From the IMG/VR virus record IMGVR_UViG_3300006099_000008, positions 1,219 to 65,218 of that record: a stretch of 64,000 nt of DNA, one strand, 5' to 3'. The DNA comes from a virus. Taxonomy: Duplodnaviria > Caudoviricetes. The notes beneath the pieces are model-generated. The model did not search any database. It had not been told where the DNA came from and saw nothing but the letters and a program-made list of their open reading frames with translations. Both the position numbers and the translations under genes were made by a program. Below are positions 56,034 to 64,000 of the stretch, in pieces (positions within the stretch are counted from its first letter, which is position 1; each line of letters opens with the position of its first letter).

Positions 56034-56342
56034 ATGAATTTGTTTGATGAAATTTACGATAAATATAAAGGTTCTGGCTTTGAATTTACTTATAAAAATA
56101 AAAAATTAAGTGGATCTAAAACTATATTTAAAAAAGACGTCATTAAAATTGATCAATCAAAACGTAATAATGATGAGATACCGATGTTTATAAAATGTGA
56201 AAACTGTAATAATTATATGGATTTTAAAGTTGGTAAAAATGATAATCTTGATGGGAAATGGGTTTGTCCGTCATGTTCGAGCGAAGTTAAAGAACGGAGT
56301 GTTTATGTTAAGTTAAATAACGAGAACGGAAATTATTATTAA
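56034..56342 (+). CDS. zinc-ribbon protein
   Basis: CENC...CPSC. Confidence 0.55.
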   Translation: MNLFDEIYDKYKGSGFEFTYKNKKLSGSKTIFKKDVIKIDQSKRNNDEIPMFIKCENCNNYMDFKVGKNDNLDGKWVCPSCSSEVKERSVYVKLNNENGNYY

Positions 56343-56420
56343 AAAGCATAAACAATAACTGAAAGCTGGCTGAGATTAAAAATCTCGGCTTTTTTTGAAC
56401 AGTAATAACGATAATAAATA

Positions 56421-56447
56421 CGCTAAAAAAACATGCTCTATTATGGA
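56421..56447 (+). promoter_or_regulatory. phage-specific motif copy 13
   Basis: cgctaaaaaa acatgctcta ttatgga. Confidence 0.75.
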
Positions 56448-56463
56448 AAGGAGGTTGAGAATT

Positions 56464-56655
56464 ATGAATAGTTTTTTAGCAAGAAACGATAAGCAGCTTG
56501 GCATTTGTTTAAGAATGCTGTATGCAGATGGATTTCAAGGAGTTGTTGAAACTGTAAAAAATGATAAAAACAAAATTGAATTTCATATTAGCATAGATTC
56601 TGATGAACAAACATTTAGGCTACTTGAAGAACGCTATGAAACCTTGATTTCGTAA
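56464..56655 (+). CDS. small protein A' (cassette)
   Basis: Motif at 56421; QL.ICLRMLYA..LEERY..LIS shared with A. Confidence 0.65.
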   Translation: MNSFLARNDKQLGICLRMLYADGFQGVVETVKNDKNKIEFHISIDSDEQTFRLLEERYETLIS

Positions 56656-56740
56656 TTGATTTTTCAACGGTAAAAGGCTGTTAAACACAGTCTTTTACTT
56701 TTATATTTTATATGCTATAATCAACTAAAGGAGTGGTAGC

Positions 56741-56956
56741 GTGAAAGTTAAATCAAGAATGGCTTGTCCAGTAAGGCAGAAAGACGGCTCATGGAAAGTT
56801 ATTACAAAGGAGTTTGAAGAGGATATTCCGGATTTAGGAAGACACAGATTAATATGTAATAAGTGTGGATTTTCTTCTTATCCTGCTTGTAAAGAATGGT
56901 GCCCCGTTGAACAAAGTACATTGGCCAAGGAAAAAGAAAAATCGACTGAAAGCTGA
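56741..56956 (+). CDS. small Cys-rich protein B'
   Basis: KDG.W and C..CG...YP.C shared with B. Confidence 0.6.
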   Translation: MKVKSRMACPVRQKDGSWKVITKEFEEDIPDLGRHRLICNKCGFSSYPACKEWCPVEQSTLAKEKEKSTES

Positions 56957-56998
56957 GATTAAAAATCTTGGCTTTTTATTTTTTAGGAGGAAAAGGAA

Positions 56999-57325
56999 AT
57001 GACAATTAACGAATACCAAAGCTTAGCTTTGAGAACGGCAAATCCAAGTGGTGAAAATCTGTCTAATATAGGTCTAGGCATAGCCGGAGAGGCCGGAGAA
57101 GCAGCCGATTTAATTAAAAAGCATCTGCATCAAGGCCATGATTTGGATAAAAATCATTTGGCAAAGGAATTTGGAGACGTAGCCTGGTATATAGCTGTAG
57201 GCTGTTATATTATCGGCTACGATTTAGAAACAGTGCTAAAAATGAATATTGACAAATTGAAGGAGCGGTATCCAGACGGATTCGATTCGGAACACAGTAT
57301 TGATCGAAAAACAAATGATATTTGA
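56999..57325 (+). CDS. MazG-like nucleoside triphosphate pyrophosphohydrolase
   Basis: LGIAGEAGE..DLIKK..EFGDVAWY..NIDKL..RYP. Confidence 0.85.
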   Translation: MTINEYQSLALRTANPSGENLSNIGLGIAGEAGEAADLIKKHLHQGHDLDKNHLAKEFGDVAWYIAVGCYIIGYDLETVLKMNIDKLKERYPDGFDSEHSIDRKTNDI

Positions 57326-57503
57326 GGTGAGACATGAATAAACGAAAACTTTTTAAAAATAGAATATTCTCGATTTTGTTAATTGCCATTGGAGTCATTA
57401 CATTGATATTCGACAACGATGCTACATTTCTTATATTTGCTTTAATGGTTGGAGCGCCTTTATTTTTTGCCAAGAAAAATTTAATCGAATAGGGGATAGA
57501 ATA

Positions 57504-57830
57504 ATGCAGATAAAAAAAGCCGGAGGCAAGATATTCGGAATGACATTAACAGCTTCCGAGCAAAAAGCAATGGATATGGAAATACGAAGGCAGCTTGCCG
57601 ATTACGAACGAAAGCATGAAATTGAGATGGACTCGCTGATTCTTTGGCAGCTGCATAAGCAGCTTGGTTTTGGACCTAAAAGGCTAAGGAAATTTTATGA
57701 TAATTTTGTGCCGGCTATGGACGAGCTGCTTAAACAGTATGAGGCTGAAGATTCCGAATGTTTTTTACTTTGTGCTCAGAAGCTCAAAGAATGCGGGGTT
57801 GACGTTGAGAAGTGGCATAACGAGAGGTGA
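57504..57830 (+). CDS. hypothetical protein
   Basis: LH..LGFG.KRL..F pattern; ORF track. Confidence 0.6.
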   Translation: MQIKKAGGKIFGMTLTASEQKAMDMEIRRQLADYERKHEIEMDSLILWQLHKQLGFGPKRLRKFYDNFVPAMDELLKQYEAEDSECFLLCAQKLKECGVDVEKWHNER

Positions 57831-57842
57831 ATTATATTTATT

Positions 57843-58028
57843 ATGGTAATTATAAGTGTAACCATATCAATATTCTGCATAGCCTACATGATAAAATGGA
57901 AAATAATAACAACGTCATTGTTTTATTACATTGAAAAGAAATATCATGTGCTTCCTGACGATAAAGAAATGAGAGAATGCATTGAATTTGTTATGAAAAA
58001 TATTGTTAAATTTATAACTGCGCGTTAA
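57843..58028 (+). CDS. small TM protein
   Basis: GAGAGGTG RBS; N-terminal TM. Confidence 0.5.
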   Translation: MVIISVTISIFCIAYMIKWKIITTSLFYYIEKKYHVLPDDKEMRECIEFVMKNIVKFITAR

Positions 58029-58074
58029 TCATTGATTTTAAAATGTTAAGGCAATAACGAGAGGTGAGTTATAT

Positions 58075-58281
58075 TTGGCGTTAAAAGTTAAAAACTTAAA
58101 GAAAAACACCGAAGGATATTTTGATCCAACTGCCTATGAGGCTATTAGAAATGTGGATAAAGAAAGCATAAAATTTCACAGACTTCTTGAAACCATATTT
58201 TATATTTGCGATATAGCAGGATTTAAAATCGAAGAGCGTATTGTTGTTAGAAATAAGAAAACCGGAAGGATTTGGAGGTGA
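58075..58281 (+). CDS. hypothetical protein
   Basis: KNTEGYFDPTAYEAI..GF.IEERIV pattern. Confidence 0.55.
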   Translation: MALKVKNLKKNTEGYFDPTAYEAIRNVDKESIKFHRLLETIFYICDIAGFKIEERIVVRNKKTGRIWR

Positions 58282-58365
58282 GTAACTTGACTATATTCAT
58301 ATTTAGTGTTAGAATTTAAAAATGATCAAAAGTATTTTATGAGCTAAAATTGTGAGGCGAAAACT

Positions 58366-59415
58366 GTGATAGATGAGAATTTATTTCAGAATATAAAAGA
58401 AAACGGTGATTTTGAAATATTACCTTGCAACACTATTGCTGATAAAACAGGACTTACAAAATTGGAACTTACTTCGGCGCAAAAGATACAAGTAAGCGCT
58501 TTGTTGCAGCAATTGCCATTAATAGCAGCTTCGGGAACAATGGCCCAAGCATATTCCGTAAGCTTCTACAGAGGAATGCCTCATACGCTAATGCAGCTTA
58601 AAAATGGCGGAGTTGGCAGTCCAATTATAGGCGGCGACGGACGGATTGCGGGAAGCGCCGTATTTAATCCTATGACCACTCAGGCCGCTGTTTTGGGCGT
58701 GTTTAGCGTTATGTCTATTGCTTCTGGACAATATTTTCTGTCACAGATTAACAACGAACTTAAAATGATGAAACTGAATGTTGACAAAATTCTTGAGTTT
58801 CTTTATGGCGACAAAAAGGCGGAGCTTATATCGGAGGTGAGTTTTGCTCAATATGCCTATAAAAACTATAGCTCTATTATGGAGCATGATGAGCAGCGGG
58901 TGGCCACTATAATAGGGCTTCAAAAAGCAAGAAAGGTTGCAATGAAAGATGTTGAGTTTTATATTAGTGATTTAGACTCTGCTGTTAATTCTAAAGCAAA
59001 TTCAGATATAGTGTCCTTGGTTGATAAAGCTTTTCAAATAAAGGAGTGTCTTGAAATATCAACACAGCTTTATATTATGAGCGGCTTGATGGAAGTTTAT
59101 TATGCTCAGAATTATGACGATAATTATATTTCCTATATTAAGGAAGATATGGTTTCTTATATAAGCAAATGCGAAAAACGTATGCTTAGTGATTTTAGTA
59201 TGCTAAGCGGTCAGATACATGGCTTAAAAGAAAAACCTTTGAAAAAAATTGATAAGCCTGCTCTTGAAAAGAAAGTGGATTGTGTTGTTGAGATGCTTAG
59301 CGGAAATTCGGAATCTGAGCTGAGAAAGTCATTAAAAAAAGCATTACCGTACTCAGGCACAAAGAGCGAATATTATCTTGACAAAGCCGGAGATGCATAC
59401 TTGAAAGCTTCATAA
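58366..59415 (+). CDS. 349-aa accessory protein of unknown function
   Basis: Long ORF; hydrophobic hairpin followed by a helical domain. Confidence 0.65.
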   Translation: MIDENLFQNIKENGDFEILPCNTIADKTGLTKLELTSAQKIQVSALLQQLPLIAASGTMAQAYSVSFYRGMPHTLMQLKNGGVGSPIIGGDGRIAGSAVFNPMTTQAAVLGVFSVMSIASGQYFLSQINNELKMMKLNVDKILEFLYGDKKAELISEVSFAQYAYKNYSSIMEHDEQRVATIIGLQKARKVAMKDVEFYISDLDSAVNSKANSDIVSLVDKAFQIKECLEISTQLYIMSGLMEVYYAQNYDDNYISYIKEDMVSYISKCEKRMLSDFSMLSGQIHGLKEKPLKKIDKPALEKKVDCVVEMLSGNSESELRKSLKKALPYSGTKSEYYLDKAGDAYLKAS

Positions 59416-59449
59416 GAGTACAATTTTAGTCTGCATTTTTAATAAATTG

Positions 59450-59760
59450 CGGGCTATTTTTCTGGCCATTTTTGTGATATAAAAGTGGCCAACGCCCACT
59501 TTTAAAATTTTTTCATCAAATTTTTGAAGGATTTTCTTTGCTTGTACGGACAATTTTAATGATTTTAGGCCAATTTTGTGGCCAACTGGCCACTTTCTGC
59601 CCACTTTTAAAATCAAAAGTGGCCACGAAAAACCCAGTATTTATGCGGGTTTGCGGGCTTTCTGGCCACTTTCCCACTTTTTTTACTATTTAATTGTGAT
59701 AAAAAGTTTATATATTTATAATAATATAGCAAATAAAAGTGGCCAACTGGCCACAAGCAC
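59450..59760. repeat. non-coding iteron-like cluster (AAAAGTGGCCA / TGGCCACTTT), candidate replication origin
   Basis: Several direct and inverted copies around an AT-rich stretch at ~59690-59735. Confidence 0.6.
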
Positions 59761-59813
59761 AAAAATGTTGTTTTTTACAAGTTTTGAGATAGACGTTTAA
59801 ACTATTTTAGCCA

Positions 59814-59840
59814 CGCGAAAAATACATAGACTTTTATGAA
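59814..59840 (+). promoter_or_regulatory. phage-specific motif copy 14 (upstream of the nuclease-RNAP operon)
   Basis: cgcgaaaaat acatagactt ttatgaa. Confidence 0.75.
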
Positions 59841-59896
59841 GAGAGAGGAATAAAACGGCCATTTTTAAATATGGCACTCTCTTTTTTTTATTTTCA

Positions 59897-60208
59897 ATGG
59901 AAAGGAGGCTCATTAAAATGTTGGAAAGCGGTTTTCAGTCAAGCCTGATTAAAGAAATAAAAAATATGTTCTCAGGCTGCATTGTCATGAAAAATGATTC
60001 CGGATATATTCAAGGTATTCCCGATTTGCTGGTGCTTTATAAAAATAAGTGGGCCGCCTTGGAATGCAAGAAAAATGCGAGCGCTAAAAAGCAGCCAAAT
60101 CAAGAGTACTATGTTGGACTTATGAACGAAATGTCATTCTCAAGGTTTGTATACCCGGAAAATAAGGAGGAAGTGTTACATGAACTTCAACAGTCATTTG
60201 AATCTTGA
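59897..60208 (+). CDS. VRR-NUC-like nuclease / resolvase
   Basis: ES.FQ..LIKEI..QGIPDLLVL..WAALECK PD-(D/E)XK pattern. Confidence 0.7.
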   Translation: MERRLIKMLESGFQSSLIKEIKNMFSGCIVMKNDSGYIQGIPDLLVLYKNKWAALECKKNASAKKQPNQEYYVGLMNEMSFSRFVYPENKEEVLHELQQSFES

Positions 60209-60737
60209 AGGGCAGCACGCTTTTCTTGGCGCAAGTAAATACCACTGGATTAATTATGATGAAGCAAAGGTAGCCGAGTCGTATTCAAAATTTTTGGCAA
60301 CTCAGAAAGGAACGGTTCTTCATGAGTTTGCGGCTCAGTGTATTGCGCTTGGACAGAAGCTTCCTAAATCGCAAAAGACATTAAACATGTATGTAAACGA
60401 CGCAATTGGCTATAAAATGGTGCCAGAGCAAATACTCTTTTATTCGGAGAACTGTTTTGGCACAGCAGACTCAATTATGTTTCGCAAAGGATTCCTTAGA
60501 ATACACGATTTAAAAACGGGTGCGATTCCGGCCCACATGGAGCAGCTTGAAATATATGCCGCTCTTTTTTGTTTGGAATATAAAATAAAACCGGCAGACA
60601 TTGAAATGGAATTAAGGCTTTATCAAAATAATGAAATTATATTCCATAATCCGACAGCCGAGGACATTGCACCGATTATGGATAAGATCGTTATATTTGA
60701 CAAAGTAATTAATAAGATTAAGGAGCAGGAGGGTTAA
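60180..60737 (+). CDS. PD-(D/E)XK (Cas4/DUF2800-like) nuclease
   Basis: HAFLGAS..GTVLH..FGTAD..IHDLKTG..QLEIYA. Confidence 0.7.
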   Translation: MNFNSHLNLEGQHAFLGASKYHWINYDEAKVAESYSKFLATQKGTVLHEFAAQCIALGQKLPKSQKTLNMYVNDAIGYKMVPEQILFYSENCFGTADSIMFRKGFLRIHDLKTGAIPAHMEQLEIYAALFCLEYKIKPADIEMELRLYQNNEIIFHNPTAEDIAPIMDKIVIFDKVINKIKEQEG

Positions 60738-60740
60738 TGT

Positions 60741-63494
60741 ATGAATCCGATTGCGGAGGAAATTTTAATGCACTATGGAATGCCAAAGCGTTCAGGACGT
60801 TATCCTTGGGGGTCTGGCAAAGATCCATATCAGCACAGCGGCGATTTTTTAAGCCGAGTTCAGGAGCTCAAAAAATCAGGTCTCAGCGAAACGAAAATTG
60901 CCGATACCATGGGATTATCCACAACGCAGCTTAGAACACAGATAAGCTTGGCTAAAGATGAAAGACGTTCTCTTCAGGTTGCGACAGCTAAAGGACTTAG
61001 GGAAAAGGGATATAGTCTAAATGAAATTGCCGAAAAGATGGGCTTTGCCAACGATTCGTCTGTAAGAACTCTTCTTAATGAAAATTCAGAGGCACGTATG
61101 AATCAGGCGAAGAAAACCGCCGAATTTCTTAAAAAGCAGATTGACGAAAAAGGAATGATTGACGTTGGCATAGGCGTGGAGCGCGAGCTGGGCATTTCAA
61201 AAGAGAAATTAAATCAGGCTTTGTACATGCTTGAAATGGAAGGTTATCCGGTTTATGGAGGCCGCGTTGATCAGGTTACTAACCCTGGCAGGAAAACAAC
61301 ATTAAAAGTGATTTGTCCTCCAAACACTGAACATAAAGAGATATACAATTTTGAAAATATTAACTCCTTAAGGGATTATATTTCCCATGATGACGGCGAA
61401 ACATTTGATCCGAAATTTGTTTATCCTAAAAGCATGGATTCAAAGCGGCTTAAAATAAGATACGCTGACGAGGGCGGAGTTGATAAAGACGGCGTTATCG
61501 AAATACGTCGCGGAGTCGACGACCTGTCTTTGGGAAATTCGCATTATGCTCAAGTTCGTATCCTTGTTGACGACACTCATTATATAAAAGGCATGGCCGT
61601 TTATTCAGATGATTTGCCTAAAGGCATTGACGTGCTCTTTAATACAAATAAAAAGAGCGGAACGGCAAAAGAAGACGTTTTAAAACCTATTAAAAACGAT
61701 CCCGACAATCCATTTGGGTCGTTGATTAAAGATGGTATTAACGATCCTGACAGCGGCATTCCTGAAAGGGGAGGACAAAGCTACTACTATGATAAAAACG
61801 GAAAAAAGCAGTTATCTCTTATCAATAAACGCGCGGAAGAAGGCGATTGGGGCGAGTGGGCCGATAAGCTTCCTTCTCAGTTCCTTTCAAAACAGAGCAT
61901 CACATTGATAAAAAAGCAGCTCAACCTTGCAGCGGCAGACAAGCAGTTTGAATTTGATGAAATTTGCTCTCTTACAAACCCTACAGTCAAGAAAAATTTG
62001 TTAAAATCTTTTGCTGATGACTGCGACTCCGCGGCAGTTCACCTACAGGCAGCCGCTTTGCCAAGGCAGAAGTATCAGGTTATTCTCCCTCTTACATCAA
62101 TTAAGGATAATGAAGTGTACGCTCCAAACTACAACGATGGCGAAACAGTTGCTTTAATTCGTTATCCGCATGGCGGCACGTTTGAGATTCCTATTCTTAA
62201 AGTAAATAATAAACAGGCGGAAGGACGGAAGATTTTAGGGAATACTCCAGCTGACGCCATAGGCATTAATAAAAAGGTTGCTGACAGGCTTTCTGGAGCT
62301 GATTTCGACGGCGATACTGTTATGGTTATTCCATGCAATTCATCAAGAAGCAAAGTGAAGATTACATCTACTTCGCAACTAAAAGGGCTTGAAGGCTTCG
62401 ATCCAAAGATGGATTACGGAACTGTACAGAACGGAGACAATTACTATAACAACGCTGGACACAAGATAAAAGTAATGAGCAATACCCAGACAGAAATGGG
62501 AAAGATTTCAAACTTAATTACTGACATGACACTTAAGGGTGCTACACAGGACGAGCTGGCGAGAGCGGTGCGGCACAGTATGGTTGTCATTGACGCTGAG
62601 AAGCATAAGCTTGACTATAAGCAAAGTGAACGTGACAATGGTATCACTTCTTTGAAGAAAAAGTATCAGGCTCATGAAGACAATGACAGATACGGAGGAG
62701 CGTCTACTTTGATTTCAAGGGCAAAGTCCGAGGTTTCTGTTTTAAAAAGAAAGGGCAGCCCTACCATTGACAGGGAGACAGGAGAGCTGAGCTGGAAGAC
62801 TGTTAACGAGGAGTATGTTGACAAGACGGGGCGCGTTAAAACAAGAATGCAAAAGAGTACCCGTATGGCTGAAACAAAAGACGCCCGTACTCTCATATCA
62901 GACGCCGACACTCTGGCTGAAAGGGCTTATGCAGATTATGCCAACAAAATGAAAGCACTTGCCAATCAAGCCCGCAAAGAGATGGTCACTACCGGCAAAA
63001 TAAAATACTCGGCCTCTGCTAAAAGTACATATCAGCAAGAGGTAGACTCCCTTATGGCAAAGCTAAACGTAGCTTTAAAGAACGCTCCGCGCGAACGCCA
63101 TGCTCAGACTATGGCTAACTCTGTTGTAGACGCTAAGAAAAAACAAAACCCTGATATGACAAAGGCCGAGATTAAAAAAACCAGTCAGCAGGCATTAACA
63201 GCGGCGCGTACAACTGTTGGAGCTAAAAGAACTCCTGTTAATATAACGGACCGCGAATGGGAAGCGATTCAGGCTGGCGCAATAAGTGAAAACGTACTTA
63301 CGCAAATTCTTAATAACGCAGATATTGATGCTGTTAGACAAAGAGCAACGCCGCGTGCGGCAAATACTCTAAGCGTTGCTAAAACAAACCGCATTTCAGC
63401 ATTAAATGCGTCTGGATATACAACTTCTGAAATAGCCAAAGCCCTTGGAATATCGGCTTCAACTGTATCAAAGTATCTAAATGGAAAGGAGTGA
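60741..63494 (+). CDS. single-subunit two-barrel RNA polymerase homologue (YonO / cellular-RdRP-like) with HTH domains and LMH-YG leader
   Basis: QVR....IKGMAV, RYPHGG..EIP.L, ADRLSGADFDGD motifs; two N-terminal HTHs and one C-terminal HTH. Confidence 0.75.
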   Translation: MNPIAEEILMHYGMPKRSGRYPWGSGKDPYQHSGDFLSRVQELKKSGLSETKIADTMGLSTTQLRTQISLAKDERRSLQVATAKGLREKGYSLNEIAEKMGFANDSSVRTLLNENSEARMNQAKKTAEFLKKQIDEKGMIDVGIGVERELGISKEKLNQALYMLEMEGYPVYGGRVDQVTNPGRKTTLKVICPPNTEHKEIYNFENINSLRDYISHDDGETFDPKFVYPKSMDSKRLKIRYADEGGVDKDGVIEIRRGVDDLSLGNSHYAQVRILVDDTHYIKGMAVYSDDLPKGIDVLFNTNKKSGTAKEDVLKPIKNDPDNPFGSLIKDGINDPDSGIPERGGQSYYYDKNGKKQLSLINKRAEEGDWGEWADKLPSQFLSKQSITLIKKQLNLAAADKQFEFDEICSLTNPTVKKNLLKSFADDCDSAAVHLQAAALPRQKYQVILPLTSIKDNEVYAPNYNDGETVALIRYPHGGTFEIPILKVNNKQAEGRKILGNTPADAIGINKKVADRLSGADFDGDTVMVIPCNSSRSKVKITSTSQLKGLEGFDPKMDYGTVQNGDNYYNNAGHKIKVMSNTQTEMGKISNLITDMTLKGATQDELARAVRHSMVVIDAEKHKLDYKQSERDNGITSLKKKYQAHEDNDRYGGASTLISRAKSEVSVLKRKGSPTIDRETGELSWKTVNEEYVDKTGRVKTRMQKSTRMAETKDARTLISDADTLAERAYADYANKMKALANQARKEMVTTGKIKYSASAKSTYQQEVDSLMAKLNVALKNAPRERHAQTMANSVVDAKKKQNPDMTKAEIKKTSQQALTAARTTVGAKRTPVNITDREWEAIQAGAISENVLTQILNNADIDAVRQRATPRAANTLSVAKTNRISALNASGYTTSEIAKALGISASTVSKYLNGKE

Positions 63495-63756
63495 ACTAAA
63501 TAATAAGATGACGAAATATGCTTTAACAACTTTTGACAATCCTTATAATCCATTTGAACAGTTCACTTTATGGTTTCTGTTTGATGAAGAAAAGGGTTAT
63601 CATTCTTCCGCTTATTTGGGGAGAATTGCGAGAACTTCAGATGAACTTTCTGAAGAAGAGAATAATTCCGAGATAGAAAGAGCAATTGACGAGATTATTA
63701 AGTATGATTTTCGAAATATTTATAAAAAAGTTAAAATGCAAGCAACAAATGCGTAA
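63481..63756 (+). CDS. small conserved protein downstream of the polymerase
   Basis: LTTFDNPYNPFEQF..W..FD..KGY pattern. Confidence 0.6.
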   Translation: MERSELNNKMTKYALTTFDNPYNPFEQFTLWFLFDEEKGYHSSAYLGRIARTSDELSEEENNSEIERAIDEIIKYDFRNIYKKVKMQATNA

Positions 63757-64000
63757 ATCAAACAAATAGCTTTGTTTTATGCAAATACTTAGCTATTGTC
63801 ATTGGCGCTAAATGATTGGATTTGTTCACTTTACCACAAAATAGGATAAATGTTTTATGTTTTAATTTATTGATTTTATGCTGTGGCACAGGCTTTGCGG
63901 CAAGTTTAAGCTTAAGACTTAGTTTATTGAATGCTGTGCTTATACATAGAATATTTAATTACGTTTTAAAGCTTGTGAACAACAAACCGCAATTGAGGAA

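Noticed and set aside
60180-60737. Cas4 as evidence of a CRISPR system
   Set aside because: It is a stand-alone PD-(D/E)XK nuclease in a phage replication context, with no array or other cas genes.
63757-64000. ncRNA, tRNA or genome terminus at the AT-rich window end
   Set aside because: I recognised no cloverleaf, conserved structure or terminal repeat; the sequence context beyond the window is needed.

Overview
The whole window is one temperate, long-tailed (siphovirus-type) phage genome, most likely of a Clostridia-type Firmicute host, covering nearly the full gene complement. The gene order is: packaging and head (terminase, portal, protease-capsid polyprotein); tail (2,857-aa tape measure, with the lysis genes embedded in the tail operon); an intact attP carrying the 3' end of a host gap gene next to a tyrosine integrase; a long array of small early-type gene cassettes; a fused helicase-primase-PolB replicase; a candidate origin; and a 917-aa two-barrel RNA-polymerase homologue. 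Two linked systems stand out. (1) An L-x-H-[HY]-G leader (mostly followed by KGxKWG) occurs on five proteins: a small head-region protein, a C-terminal extension of the portal, two stand-alone toxin-like proteins and the RNA polymerase. A matching L/M-x-H-[GA] site occurs four times in the scaffold part of the protease-capsid polyprotein. The toxin-like domains are followed by overlapping immunity-like genes, and each carries a sigmaA-like promoter embedded at the same codon register. I infer a MuF-independent, protease-gated system for loading toxins and the polymerase into the head. (2) A strictly spaced motif, CGC-N7-ACA-N7-TTATG, occurs 14 times upstream of small genes and is a candidate promoter for the phage polymerase. 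Family names come from motif recognition only; no database search was run. I saw no CRISPR array, tRNA, rRNA or reverse transcriptase.
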